A stretch of DNA of 64,000 bases from Candidatus Latescibacterota bacterium. Its GTDB lineage: Bacteria > Latescibacterota > UBA2968 > GCA-2709665. The notes under the pieces were generated by a model. It saw nothing but the letters and a program-made list of their open reading frames with translations, did not search any database and was not told the DNA's origin. Positions 20,080-29,533 of the stretch are shown here, in pieces (within the stretch, counting starts at the first letter, position 1; each line of letters begins with the position of its first letter). The stretch covers positions 4,640,001-4,704,000 of the forward strand of contig OZ244937.1 in the NCBI GenBank assembly GCA_965222075.1, read 5' to 3'. A program made the translations under genes and the position numbers.

Positions 20080-22023
20080 TCAATATCCATGAATCGAATG
20101 CCCCGATCTCGGAAACCAGACGATGTCCACCAGCAGAGAGCCCCCCACACCTGCCGTATAGCCCACCAGCACTCCTAAGAAAAACGGCCGGCAGCGCCGG
20201 TAGAGCGCTGCGCCGCCGATACGGAGGAGAACGAACTTGATCGCCCAGGCTAAGAACACCGAAAATACCGTGTAGCGGACCGACGTGCCGGTGCCGGCCA
20301 GCGCAAACCCGACGGGATGGAACGGCCACCAGGGGAACCGGTATTTCAAAAACGTCAGCAGCGACATCGCAACCACCCCAATGCCGAACAGGCTCAACCG
20401 CAGCCGGTTGGGCGGTTCGGGGTTGTTCATCTGCGCTACCACCCCGGAAAATCCGGATTTGCTGTACCGGGTAAACGGGTAGTCGTTGAAATTGTAGGCC
20501 CCGTACGTATATCCCAGGTACAGCGTAAACAGAATCGACACCGCGCAGCCCGCCCCAAAGGCCAGAAACAGCGCGGCCAGCGCCCCCCGCCGCCCCGCTT
20601 GCGGACACGCATCCGCAAGCTTCGCCCCGTGCGTGACTGCCGGCATAAACAACCCCTTTCCGTATGAGGCGATCGCATTGGTAAACGCCAGCATCGTCAG
20701 GCTGGACCCGCTCAGGTTCTGAGACCCGAACAGGGAGGACACAAACCCCCGGGGCCCCACTGGCATGCTCACAAATACCAGCCCCATGTCGGACACGATC
20801 CGCGCCACCCCGATGTAGAGCACCAGCGCGGCGAATACGAACAGGCACGCCACCCCGAAACCCATTCCCGCCTGCCAGAACCACAACACCCCGAACAACA
20901 CGCTTACAACTAAGCCGAACACTGCGGTCCTGTAATTCATCATCTCTTCGGACTCGTCTAAAGGCGCCTCCCTGCCGAGCGCCTTTTTGACCACCATCTT
21001 CAAATGCCCCCGGGCCGACCACACCCCCCAGGCCACCAGTGCAAAAAGCGCCCCCAGAGGAATATACTGAAAATCCGCCGAAGCGTGCGACCACGAACTG
21101 GCGTTGTATCCCAGCTGGTTGAGAATCCCGCTGCGGATGACAAAGAGCAGGTCAAAGAACCACATGCTGAACAGCACGTCGATATTGGCAAAATAACAGA
21201 ACGAAATCGTAAACATATTGACCCGTGTCCACACCCCCGGAAAATAGCGCTCGAACCTCACCCACGGCCCCCACCGGATATTCGGAATCTCCGGGAAGCC
21301 CGGCACGAAATAGTGAATCATATTCCAGGCGATAATCCCGAACGCAACCGAAAACCCGATCCAGAAAAGCCGTGGGAAATCGCCCGTCTCGGACCGGACC
21401 GTCAGCTCCAGCGCCGGCTGCAGCACCGGATAGGTCAACCGCTCATTCTCCACCCACTGCTTCCGCAGGATCACCGCAATGCACACCGACGCGGCGAATA
21501 GCGCCGTCACCAGCGCCATCCAGCAGGCCACCGGCACGTACCAGACGGCCCAGGGAATCGGCTCGCCGGGAGGAAGCCCCTCGAACAGATAGTCCAAGAC
21601 CCCGTTCACGTTCCGGGGTGCCAGCCACTCCAAAATGTAAGGATGAAAAAACTCCCCCCACCGATTCTCCGGCGTGGCAAAATAAAAGGGGGCTGCAACC
21701 GCCCCCAGAAAATATCCGGTTAGCCCCACCGACGGAATCGCCCCGCCCACCAGCCCCCCGCCCAGGCCCACCAGCAGTTCCGTAGAAGACAGGGCATAAC
21801 GCCTTACCAGCAGCCTGCAAATCGGATTCAGCACCAGCGCCAGCGCCAGATAGACCATCAGCGTCCCCATCGGAAAGTGGCTGAGGGTCATCCGGGAAGC
21901 GTGAATCACGTACTCGATGTAATTCACCCACAAATTGGCCGCTACGGCCAGGCCCACGCCCAGGAGAATGGACCGGAGCGTAACCCCCCTCTGAACGGAT
22001 CTTATTCCACGCCCGCCGCCCAC
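20080..22023 (-). CDS. Multi-pass membrane protein, DUF6785/DUF6784-like putative transporter
   Basis: Many hydrophobic segments; ATPENRW, ILRKQWVENERLTYP, WWPFHPVGF; true start uncertain. Confidence 0.75.
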   Translation of the reverse strand: MGGGRGIRSVQRGVTLRSILLGVGLAVAANLWVNYIEYVIHASRMTLSHFPMGTLMVYLALALVLNPICRLLVRRYALSSTELLVGLGGGLVGGAIPSVGLTGYFLGAVAAPFYFATPENRWGEFFHPYILEWLAPRNVNGVLDYLFEGLPPGEPIPWAVWYVPVACWMALVTALFAASVCIAVILRKQWVENERLTYPVLQPALELTVRSETGDFPRLFWIGFSVAFGIIAWNMIHYFVPGFPEIPNIRWGPWVRFERYFPGVWTRVNMFTISFCYFANIDVLFSMWFFDLLFVIRSGILNQLGYNASSWSHASADFQYIPLGALFALVAWGVWSARGHLKMVVKKALGREAPLDESEEMMNYRTAVFGLVVSVLFGVLWFWQAGMGFGVACLFVFAALVLYIGVARIVSDMGLVFVSMPVGPRGFVSSLFGSQNLSGSSLTMLAFTNAIASYGKGLFMPAVTHGAKLADACPQAGRRGALAALFLAFGAGCAVSILFTLYLGYTYGAYNFNDYPFTRYSKSGFSGVVAQMNNPEPPNRLRLSLFGIGVVAMSLLTFLKYRFPWWPFHPVGFALAGTGTSVRYTVFSVFLAWAIKFVLLRIGGAALYRRCRPFFLGVLVGYTAGVGGSLLVDIVWFPRSGHSIHGY

Positions 22024-23624
22024 GTATTCCCCCCTGCCCGGGCCTTCTTTTCACCCTTGAGCGCCTCCGCACAGTGCACCGCTCCCCCGATACTGCCCAC
22101 CACTTCAACCTCGTGTCCCATTCCCCTCAGGCCCTCCAGGACCGTTTCTCCGATGGATTCCGTAACCGTCAACGGTTCGTCCGTCTGAACGTGCATCCTT
22201 GGCCCGGCCGCTGACTCGTAGGAACTCGCCCCGTAATCCACAACCTGCTGCGAGACCCGGGCGTTCACGCTGATAATCCGCCTGCCCCCCGGCATCCCTG
22301 TGGCTACATCCCTCTGCGGCAGCCTGAGCGCCATCGGCGCCGTATTGTTCAGCGGCCGCTTGCCCGGCCCGACCGAATTCCGGCGTCCCGGACGCGGGTC
22401 CAGGCGGCACATCGCGTGCCCCAGAATGATCCCTGTCTCCGGCACAACCACGCACGACCCGAACGCGCCCCCCTGCGAAATCGTCACTGAAGCCACATTC
22501 CCCTCCACGTCCGCCGCCGAAACGTGCAGCGTACCGTGGACCGAATCGCCCGCAGGCGGTGGCGCCAGGCGGTCCACGTCATCCGGAAACTGCCGCATCG
22601 TCTCCACCCGCCCCATCGCATACTCCCTGCTCAACAGCCGCTCCACCGGCACGTCCACAAAGTCGGGGTCTCCGAGATACGTCAACCGGTCCCGCCACGC
22701 CAGCTTCAGAACCTCCGCCAGCCGGTGCCAGTAGGCCACCGTATCGTCGGGCGCCGGGTCGAAGCAGTCAAGCATATTCAGGATCTGCAGACTCGACAGT
22801 CCCCCGTTCGGCAGAATCGCGCCGTACACCTTTGCGTTCCGGTAGGAAATCTCGTAGGGCGCCGTCACCCGCGGGGTGTACGATGCCATATCCTCCCGCG
22901 TCAGGATGCCGCCCGCGCTGCCGATGTAGTCCGCAATCCGCCGCCCGATCTCCCCTTCGTAAAAATCCCGCCAGCCCGCAGCAGCGATCCGCTCCAGCGT
23001 CACCTCCATATCCCGCCGATGCCACACATCATCCGGTTCGGGCACCTTCCCCTCCGGCATCAGGTGTCGGGCCGTCGGCTCGAACTTCCGGATCACCCCC
23101 TCCAGGTTCCTGATCGCCCCCGCTGTTGAACCGTACGGAAACCCGTCCGCCAGCAGCTTCAGAGAGGGCGCCACAATATCGGGCCAGGCCAGCCTCCCCC
23201 ACCGTTCCCACAGCGTCCCCATCCCCGCCATCATCCCCGGCGCTCCTACCGAAAGCGGCCCGTGCACATTCGCATTGTCCCTGACGCGGCAGAAATACTC
23301 GTTCTCGTTAATCCCCTTCGGTCTGTCACCCACCCGCATCACCTTGAACATCCGCTCGTGGGCCGCCGCCGGCGCGGCTGCATTCGCGTCCAGCGACCAG
23401 GCCTCCCCTGTGGCCCCCTCCAGCACCACCGCGCAGCACACATACCCGCCCACCCCTGTTGACTGCGGCTGAAGCATACAGCACGCCATACTCGCCGCCG
23501 CTGCCGCATCCATCGCATTTCCCCCCTGCGCCAGCACCCCTGCGCCCACCCGTGCCGCCGCCTCCGGCCCCGCCGCCACCGCCCCCACCGAAGACACCAC
23601 CTCTTTCCCTTCAACCATTTTCAC
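22002..23624 (-). CDS. ggt: Gamma-glutamyltransferase
   Basis: GGNAMDAA, GVGG, LAWRDR...LGDPDF, nucleophile GTLHVSAAD, PGKRP. Confidence 0.85.
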   Translation of the reverse strand: MKMVEGKEVVSSVGAVAAGPEAAARVGAGVLAQGGNAMDAAAAASMACCMLQPQSTGVGGYVCCAVVLEGATGEAWSLDANAAAPAAAHERMFKVMRVGDRPKGINENEYFCRVRDNANVHGPLSVGAPGMMAGMGTLWERWGRLAWPDIVAPSLKLLADGFPYGSTAGAIRNLEGVIRKFEPTARHLMPEGKVPEPDDVWHRRDMEVTLERIAAAGWRDFYEGEIGRRIADYIGSAGGILTREDMASYTPRVTAPYEISYRNAKVYGAILPNGGLSSLQILNMLDCFDPAPDDTVAYWHRLAEVLKLAWRDRLTYLGDPDFVDVPVERLLSREYAMGRVETMRQFPDDVDRLAPPPAGDSVHGTLHVSAADVEGNVASVTISQGGAFGSCVVVPETGIILGHAMCRLDPRPGRRNSVGPGKRPLNNTAPMALRLPQRDVATGMPGGRRIISVNARVSQQVVDYGASSYESAAGPRMHVQTDEPLTVTESIGETVLEGLRGMGHEVEVVGSIGGAVHCAEALKGEKKARAGGNTWAAGVE

Positions 23625-23700
23625 CCTCTCTTTCTATAGATCGCAGAGTGAAAATCAGATTTTAACCCCTTCTTGTCTTTCTCTGCGTCTCTGCGGTAGA

Positions 23701-23974
23701 TCATGGTTTCCCCGCCATCCCCTGCGCCACCTTACAAATCGCAGCCCCTATATCCCGAATATCCCCCTCCTCCATCTGCTCGTGAATCTCCCGCACCGCC
23801 ACCGTCCTCAGCCCCGCCACCGCCCCTGGCACCAGCTTGGGCCCGTAGGGGTAGTCCCGGCTTGTCACCCCGCACGTAAACGGACACCCGCTCTTCCCGT
23901 TCTCCAAAGGGCGCCCGGCTTGGGAAAGGCGTCGTCCGTACCTTCGGCCCCCCGTCAATCGCCAGCTTCTCCAT
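23701..23974 (-). pseudogene. Internally deleted DegT/DnrJ-type aminotransferase remnant
   Basis: N-terminus MEKLAIDGGPKVRTTPFP with RBS, joined out of frame to a C-terminus ...HEQMEEGDIRDIGAAICKVA. Confidence 0.6.
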
Positions 23975-23990
23975 CGCTATCCCTTTCTGT

Positions 23991-24514
23991 TTAGAAAATA
24001 ACCAGATACCCGGGTCCAGCTGTTCTTTTGCTGATGGCCTTTTTCTTGCTCGCCCCAGTAATTTCCGGTTAGAAAATTGCGGTTAAGATTTTGCTGGGGT
24101 CAAAAAGTTGTTTAAAATCTCCGTCGATAAACATCCCCTTTTGAAGTATTTCTAAACAAAATGTTAAGCATAAAAACTTGCTTCGACACGACCGATATCT
24201 ACCTTGGATAACCCTGCCAAACGGCGCTCTCGGAACCCATCGCCTTCGGGATGGCGTCCAGATTGCTCGACTCGACTGCTCTTTGATCAAAAAGCTCTGC
24301 GCCGAAAGGCCCAAATCGTCCAAAAGGCCGTTGGAAAGGCCTCGTTTGTATCCGATTTTTCGCTCGGAATCCTTAAGCAGGATGGTATGGCAAGAAAGGC
24401 TTATGAGTTAAACCTTTGTTTCTAATTGTCTTATTAAACGTTCCTTTGGCAAGCAATTTTCTAACCGGAAATTACTGGCTCGCCCAAGAAAAAGGCCGAA
24501 AAAGAAGGGCGCCT
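23991..24514. repeat. Copy of a dispersed hairpin repeat, interrupted by the MITE
   Basis: Flanks match the uninterrupted copy at about 59388-59487 (AGATACCCGGGTCC...GGCCTTTTTCTTG-loop-CAAGAAAAAGGCC...GAAGGGCGCC). Confidence 0.85.
24056..24477. mobile_element. 422-bp MITE / non-autonomous IS
   Basis: Perfect 25-bp TIRs CAGTAATTTCCGGTTAGAAAATTGC (24056-24080 and 24453-24477); 8-bp direct repeat GCTCGCCC at 24048-24055 and 24478-24485; AT-rich; no transposase. Confidence 0.9.
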
Positions 24515-24554
24515 GCCTGTGCCGAAGGCAGACAGGCAAGCAGGCAGACAGGCA

Positions 24555-26450
24555 TTAGCCAACTTCAATCCATATCGGCGACGACCAGGCCTGGTTTTGG
24601 TCTCGCTGCGTAATCCGTACATAATAGTAACAGAAGGGAGACAAACCGGAAAACACAGGCATTTGGAACGTCAGTGGCCTGGAATCGCAAAACGTCGTCT
24701 CCACCGTATAGGCCCCGGGGCTCTCCTCATAGACCACCTCCCCGTTCCGGATCACCTCCACCCGATCGATCGGCCGCGTGCCGGCCGCACGGACCTGTAG
24801 CACGCGATCCCCTTCCCATCCCAATACCTCCTCCCCCATGAGGTGCTCGCCCAGCGTCACATAGAGCAGAATCTTCGCGCCCGTGGTCGCGTAACACCGC
24901 CTCGCCCGGATCGCATCGAAGATCGCCTCCCGGCCCAGCGCCTTCGCCAGCACCGCCGTCCACCCCCGCCCTTCGTTGTGCCCATGTGGGCCGGACCCTG
25001 GTTGCCCAAGTTGATTGTCCGTACCCCCAATAAAGCCCATGCGCCGCCCCTGAGACAGCGCATACTGCGCCGAATGTTCGCCCCCGATCTCCGAAATCCC
25101 CCACCGGGAACAGATCTCCATCACCGGCTCCATCCGGTTGGGCGGGATGCTGAAATCCGTCCCGTGGATAAACTTCATGTGGTGCGGAAACGTCAGCGCC
25201 CCGGTCCCCTCCAGCGTCGCCCAGAGATTGTCCGGATGGCAGGCCGCATTGCTCCGCCAGTCGCCCCAGTGTGCATGACCCACCGGAAACCGCTCGGCGT
25301 CTGCTAAGTTTCGGAACAGCGCGTGGCGATGTCCGTAGCTGCTGTAATTCTCGCAAATCGGGAGCGTGGCAAAATCCTCCCGCCCGTTAAACGCTTCGTT
25401 GATCTCCAGATAAGCCTGCCAGTGCTTCCGGGAAAACGGGAAGTTCATCGAATTTTGCTGGTGGCTCACCGACGCAAAGTCCAGCTCCGAAATTTCGTAC
25501 GCGTAGTCGTAGGCCTCCTGCATCGTCCCGAACCCGTCGCACGGTCGGCAGTGCGAGTGCAGGTCCCCAAAAAAGACCCGGTAGCCCCCAAAGTGCTCCG
25601 GGGACCCCACCGGATTGCTCCGCCCGATCAAGTCGCACGACAAATCCTGCGCCTGCACATAGTGAAACGGTCCCTCCCCTGTGATCGGCACCTCAATCCG
25701 CGTAAACCTCTCCGCCCTGCCGATGGAGACCCTGTACTCCACCTCCTCCACGTCCAGTTCCGACACCGTCACCTCCCCGCCGTAGTCGAACGCCCGGTTC
25801 AGATCGTACTGGTCCATGGGCACGATCTTGAACGACGGTATCCCGTCTGGCCCGGTCACCGCCTGAGTCGTCACCCGAAGCGACCGCGCATACCCCCCAT
25901 ACGTCGTCACCCCCGGCGTTGTTGAAAGCGGCCGGAAGGCATCCGTCCCATGCGGTCGGAGCGCCGTCGTAAAGGGGTGGAACTGCACCGTCTGCGGCGC
26001 GCGCACGCGCGTTCCGTCCGGGTGCGCAAGGTGAATCCTCAGCCGCTCGCCCACCGGCAGCGCCCCGCCTTCCAAGTGCACGTGGATGAGGAACTCAAAT
26101 CCCACCGGAATCAGCGCAACATGGGCCTGCACCCCCTCGGCCGACGGCTCTGCCGCGACAAAACACTGCCGCCCGTTGCCATATCCCCCCTCCCACACCG
26201 CGAAAAACTTCGAAATCTCCGGAAACGCCCCGTTTAAATCCAGCTTCCAGGTCCGGGGCACCGCCACCAGCAGATCCGTCCCGGCCCCCAGCGCCGCCTC
26301 TACCGGCGAAATCGTAAACGACAGGTGCAGAGGCTCGCACACCTGCGCCGTGGGAGGGTGCATTTCAACGGCCGCCTCAAAGGGTTGCGCATCCTCAAAC
26401 CCCGCTTCCAGCACCCCCCACTCCCGGCGGTTCATAGAAATCTCTGCCAT
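24555..26450 (-). CDS. CehA/McbA-like PHP-domain metallohydrolase (DUF3604-like)
   Basis: FGDLHSH..DG, GHRH, PHH, GFIGGTDN, RRCYATTG, YYYVRITQ.D...AWSSPIW; start placed at 26450 or 26435 because the longer ORF overlaps the upstream gene. Confidence 0.75.
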   Translation of the reverse strand: MAEISMNRREWGVLEAGFEDAQPFEAAVEMHPPTAQVCEPLHLSFTISPVEAALGAGTDLLVAVPRTWKLDLNGAFPEISKFFAVWEGGYGNGRQCFVAAEPSAEGVQAHVALIPVGFEFLIHVHLEGGALPVGERLRIHLAHPDGTRVRAPQTVQFHPFTTALRPHGTDAFRPLSTTPGVTTYGGYARSLRVTTQAVTGPDGIPSFKIVPMDQYDLNRAFDYGGEVTVSELDVEEVEYRVSIGRAERFTRIEVPITGEGPFHYVQAQDLSCDLIGRSNPVGSPEHFGGYRVFFGDLHSHCRPCDGFGTMQEAYDYAYEISELDFASVSHQQNSMNFPFSRKHWQAYLEINEAFNGREDFATLPICENYSSYGHRHALFRNLADAERFPVGHAHWGDWRSNAACHPDNLWATLEGTGALTFPHHMKFIHGTDFSIPPNRMEPVMEICSRWGISEIGGEHSAQYALSQGRRMGFIGGTDNQLGQPGSGPHGHNEGRGWTAVLAKALGREAIFDAIRARRCYATTGAKILLYVTLGEHLMGEEVLGWEGDRVLQVRAAGTRPIDRVEVIRNGEVVYEESPGAYTVETTFCDSRPLTFQMPVFSGLSPFCYYYVRITQRDQNQAWSSPIWIEVG

Positions 26451-26536
26451 AGAAATGTGGCGCAAAGAACCCTCGTCTTCAAACGATGGCGCAATGCGCC
26501 CTCCTCTTGGAAAAGCTGCTCCACAACAACCGCAGA

Positions 26537-28522
26537 TCAATATCCGTGAACATAATGCCCCGCCCCGGGAAACCAGATCACATCCACCAGCACGGAAAGG
26601 CTCACCCCCAGCGTGTATCCCGTCAGCACGCCCAGGAAAAACGGGCGGCAGCGCCGGTAGAGCGTGGCCCCTCCCACCTGGAGAAGGACGAACTTGATCG
26701 CCCAGGCGATAAACACCGAAAACGTCGTCCAGTAAACGTACGAAACCCCTGCAATTGGAAACCCGATCGGATGGAGGGGCCACCAGGAAAACCGGTACTT
26801 CAAAAAGGTCAGCAGCGCCATCACCCCCAGGCCGATGCCAAACAGACTCAACCGCAGGGGATCGATCGGCTCTGGATTGCGCATCTGCGCCAGCGCAGTT
26901 GTGAACCCTCCCTTGCTGTACGACCGGAAGGGGTGATAATATTTGAAATTGTAAGCGCCAAGCGTATACCCTACATAAAGCGTATAGACAATAGAGGCAG
27001 CCGCGCCTGCGGCAAAAGCCAGCAGCAGGGTCACCAGCAGCCGCCGCCGGTCCGGCTTGGGACAGGTATCCGCAATCTTGGCCGCATGGGTCACCGCCGG
27101 CATAAACAGCCCCTTGCCGTACGAGGTGAGCCCGTTGGAAAAAGCCAGAGCCGTGTGCGTGGACGCGGCCAGGTTCCGAGGGCCCAGGATCTGGGTCACC
27201 ATTTCCTGCGCCCCCACCGGCGTGCACACGAATACCAGCCCCACATCCGATACGATCCGCGCCACGCCCAGGTAAATCACCAGCGTGGCGAACAGGTACA
27301 GGCAGGCCACCCCGAACCCCATACCCGCCCGCCACAGCCAGAACATGGCAAATACCATGCTCAACCCCAGCCCCAGCAGCGCGGTGCGGTAACCCATCAT
27401 CTCCTCGGCGTCGTCCAGGGGCGCATCGCCGCCCAACGCCTTCCGCACAACCGCCTTCAGGTGGCGCCGGGCCGTCCACAGCCCCCAGAAAACCAGCATA
27501 AAAAAAGCGCCCAGATTCAGCCAGGAAAAGGTCTGCGAGGTATTCCACGGCGTGCTGGCGTTGAAACCGAGCCGGTTCAGAATGCCGCTGCGCACAATGA
27601 ACAGCACGCCGAAAAACCAGAAACTGAACAGCACGTCGAGATTGGCAAAATACGCGAATGAAATCGTGAACATATTGATCCGCGTCCAGATCCCCGGAAT
27701 CCAGCGGCCCTTGAACCCGCCGTCGAACCAGACCCAGGGCCCCCACCGGATATTCGGAATAATGGGAAACGAAGGCACGAAATAATTGATCATATTCCAG
27801 CAGATAATCCCCGACGCAATGCAAAACCCGACCCAGAAAAGGCGCGGGAACCCGGTCCCCTCGCGCACCGTCAGATCCAGCACCGGCCGCAGCACCGGGT
27901 ACGTGAGACGCTCGCTCTCGGCCCACTGCTTCCGCAGAATCACCGCCAGGCAGATTGACCCCACGAACAGCGCCGTGGCCAGCGCCATCCAGCAGGCCAC
28001 GGGCGTCAGCCACACGCTCCAGGGAATCGACACGCCCGCGGGCAGCCCCTCGTACAGGTAGTCGATGCTTCCGTTCACATTCTGGGGCGCCAGCCAGGTG
28101 GGAATATGCGGGTGGAAGAATTCCCCCCACTGGTTCTCCGGCGTGGCAAAATAATAGGGCGCGGCAATCACGCCCAGGAAATATCCGGTCAGCCCCACCC
28201 CCGGAATCGCGCCGCCCACCAGCGCGCCAGCCAGGATGGCCAGCTGCTCCGTATCCGACAGCGCATACCGTCTCCCCAGCAGCCTGATCAGCGGATTGAG
28301 CGCCAGGATCACCAGCAGGTAAACCATCAGCGCCCCCATCGGGAAGTGGCTGCGCGTGAGCTCCGAGCCGCGAACATCGTACTCGATGTAGCCCACCACC
28401 ACATTGACCGCCGCAGACACGCCCGCCGCCAAAAGAACCGACCGGACAGTCATCCCCCGCCCGCCCGGCGCCCCAGCGTCAACCCCCTGCTGCATGCGGG
28501 CGCTTTGGGAAGCCTCAGCCAT
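26537..28522 (-). CDS. Multi-pass membrane protein, DUF6785/DUF6784-like, paralogue of 20080-22023
   Basis: Same motifs: ATPENQW, ILRKQWAESERLTYP, WWPLHPIGF, terminal HGY. Confidence 0.75.
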   Translation of the reverse strand: MAEASQSARMQQGVDAGAPGGRGMTVRSVLLAAGVSAAVNVVVGYIEYDVRGSELTRSHFPMGALMVYLLVILALNPLIRLLGRRYALSDTEQLAILAGALVGGAIPGVGLTGYFLGVIAAPYYFATPENQWGEFFHPHIPTWLAPQNVNGSIDYLYEGLPAGVSIPWSVWLTPVACWMALATALFVGSICLAVILRKQWAESERLTYPVLRPVLDLTVREGTGFPRLFWVGFCIASGIICWNMINYFVPSFPIIPNIRWGPWVWFDGGFKGRWIPGIWTRINMFTISFAYFANLDVLFSFWFFGVLFIVRSGILNRLGFNASTPWNTSQTFSWLNLGAFFMLVFWGLWTARRHLKAVVRKALGGDAPLDDAEEMMGYRTALLGLGLSMVFAMFWLWRAGMGFGVACLYLFATLVIYLGVARIVSDVGLVFVCTPVGAQEMVTQILGPRNLAASTHTALAFSNGLTSYGKGLFMPAVTHAAKIADTCPKPDRRRLLVTLLLAFAAGAAASIVYTLYVGYTLGAYNFKYYHPFRSYSKGGFTTALAQMRNPEPIDPLRLSLFGIGLGVMALLTFLKYRFSWWPLHPIGFPIAGVSYVYWTTFSVFIAWAIKFVLLQVGGATLYRRCRPFFLGVLTGYTLGVSLSVLVDVIWFPGAGHYVHGY

Positions 28523-28531
28523 AGAAAAACC

Positions 28532-29533
28532 TCAAACCGACCCTCCCCCCCCGTACTTCCTGAACCGCACCGCCTGCCCCGTCTCCACCGACCGCCGGAC
28601 GCACGCAAAGTACTCCGCCACGTTGTAGGCGTCAACACCGCCCACCGAAGGCGTCCCTCCAACCTGCGCACACGCCGAAAACTCGGCCAGCTCTTCGTAC
28701 TGCTCGTCGATCCGCTCGAACGCCTCCCTCTCCAGGCCGTCGGAACGGTGAAGGGTCACCGAATTATCATCCCGGTTGTCCCACTTCGCCTTTCCTTCGT
28801 TTCCGATAAAGGCGATCTCGTACCCCGAATAGGAAACATAAGAACACCCGATATAGGACATGCGGCCGTCCACATACTGCGCAATCACCACCCCCAGATC
28901 GGGCGCGTCTCCCGCCCCGTCCCGTTTGGCCATAAACGCCGAAATCGTCTCCGGCGTACCCATAAAATCCAGCACCAGGTCGATAAACACCACCCCCATC
29001 TGCGTAAAGGGCAAAAGCGGCGCCGTCTTCTTAAAATAGCGCCAGTTCTCCGGCGTCAGATCGTACCCCGATGCGCCCGTAACCGTGGCCTCGGCCGAAT
29101 GGACCGCACCCAGCTCGCCCCCCCTCAAAATCTCCTTCATCCGGACAATCGCCGGATTCCTCCTCAAATTGTGCCCCGCCATCAACACAATCCTCCGCGC
29201 CTCCGCCAGCCGGAGCATCTCTCTGGCCTCCTCTGGATCGGTCACCACCGGCACATTGACAAACACGTGCTTCCCCTCGCCCGCGCACACCTTGAAATGC
29301 TCGAAATGCATCGCGTTGGGCGTGGTAATCACCACCCCCTCAACCTCCGGATCGGCCGCCACCTCTTCTGCGCTCCCGGCTCTTTTCGCGCCGAATTTCC
29401 CGGCCGCCGCATCCAGACGCTCCCCAACCGGATCGTACGCCGACACCAGCTTCAGCCCGTCGTTCTTCTCCACGGCCCGCTGGTGGTTCCGGGAATACCC
29501 CCCCAGCCCGATAAACCCCAGGTTCATGCTCAC
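28532..29533 (-). CDS. Gfo/Idh/MocA family oxidoreductase
   Basis: GFIGLG, VVITTPNAMH, GKHVFVNVP (EKP motif altered), GHNLR. Confidence 0.8.
   Translation of the reverse strand: MSMNLGFIGLGGYSRNHQRAVEKNDGLKLVSAYDPVGERLDAAAGKFGAKRAGSAEEVAADPEVEGVVITTPNAMHFEHFKVCAGEGKHVFVNVPVVTDPEEAREMLRLAEARRIVLMAGHNLRRNPAIVRMKEILRGGELGAVHSAEATVTGASGYDLTPENWRYFKKTAPLLPFTQMGVVFIDLVLDFMGTPETISAFMAKRDGAGDAPDLGVVIAQYVDGRMSYIGCSYVSYSGYEIAFIGNEGKAKWDNRDDNSVTLHRSDGLEREAFERIDEQYEELAEFSACAQVGGTPSVGGVDAYNVAEYFACVRRSVETGQAVRFRKYGGGGSV

Noticed and set aside
24069-24425. Short ORFs inside the MITE
   Set aside because: No transposase motifs and no RBS; treated as non-coding
24555-28130. 1191-aa ORF as a single protein
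   Set aside because: Its first half is an alternative frame over the DUF6785-like gene; recognisable sequence begins only near 26450
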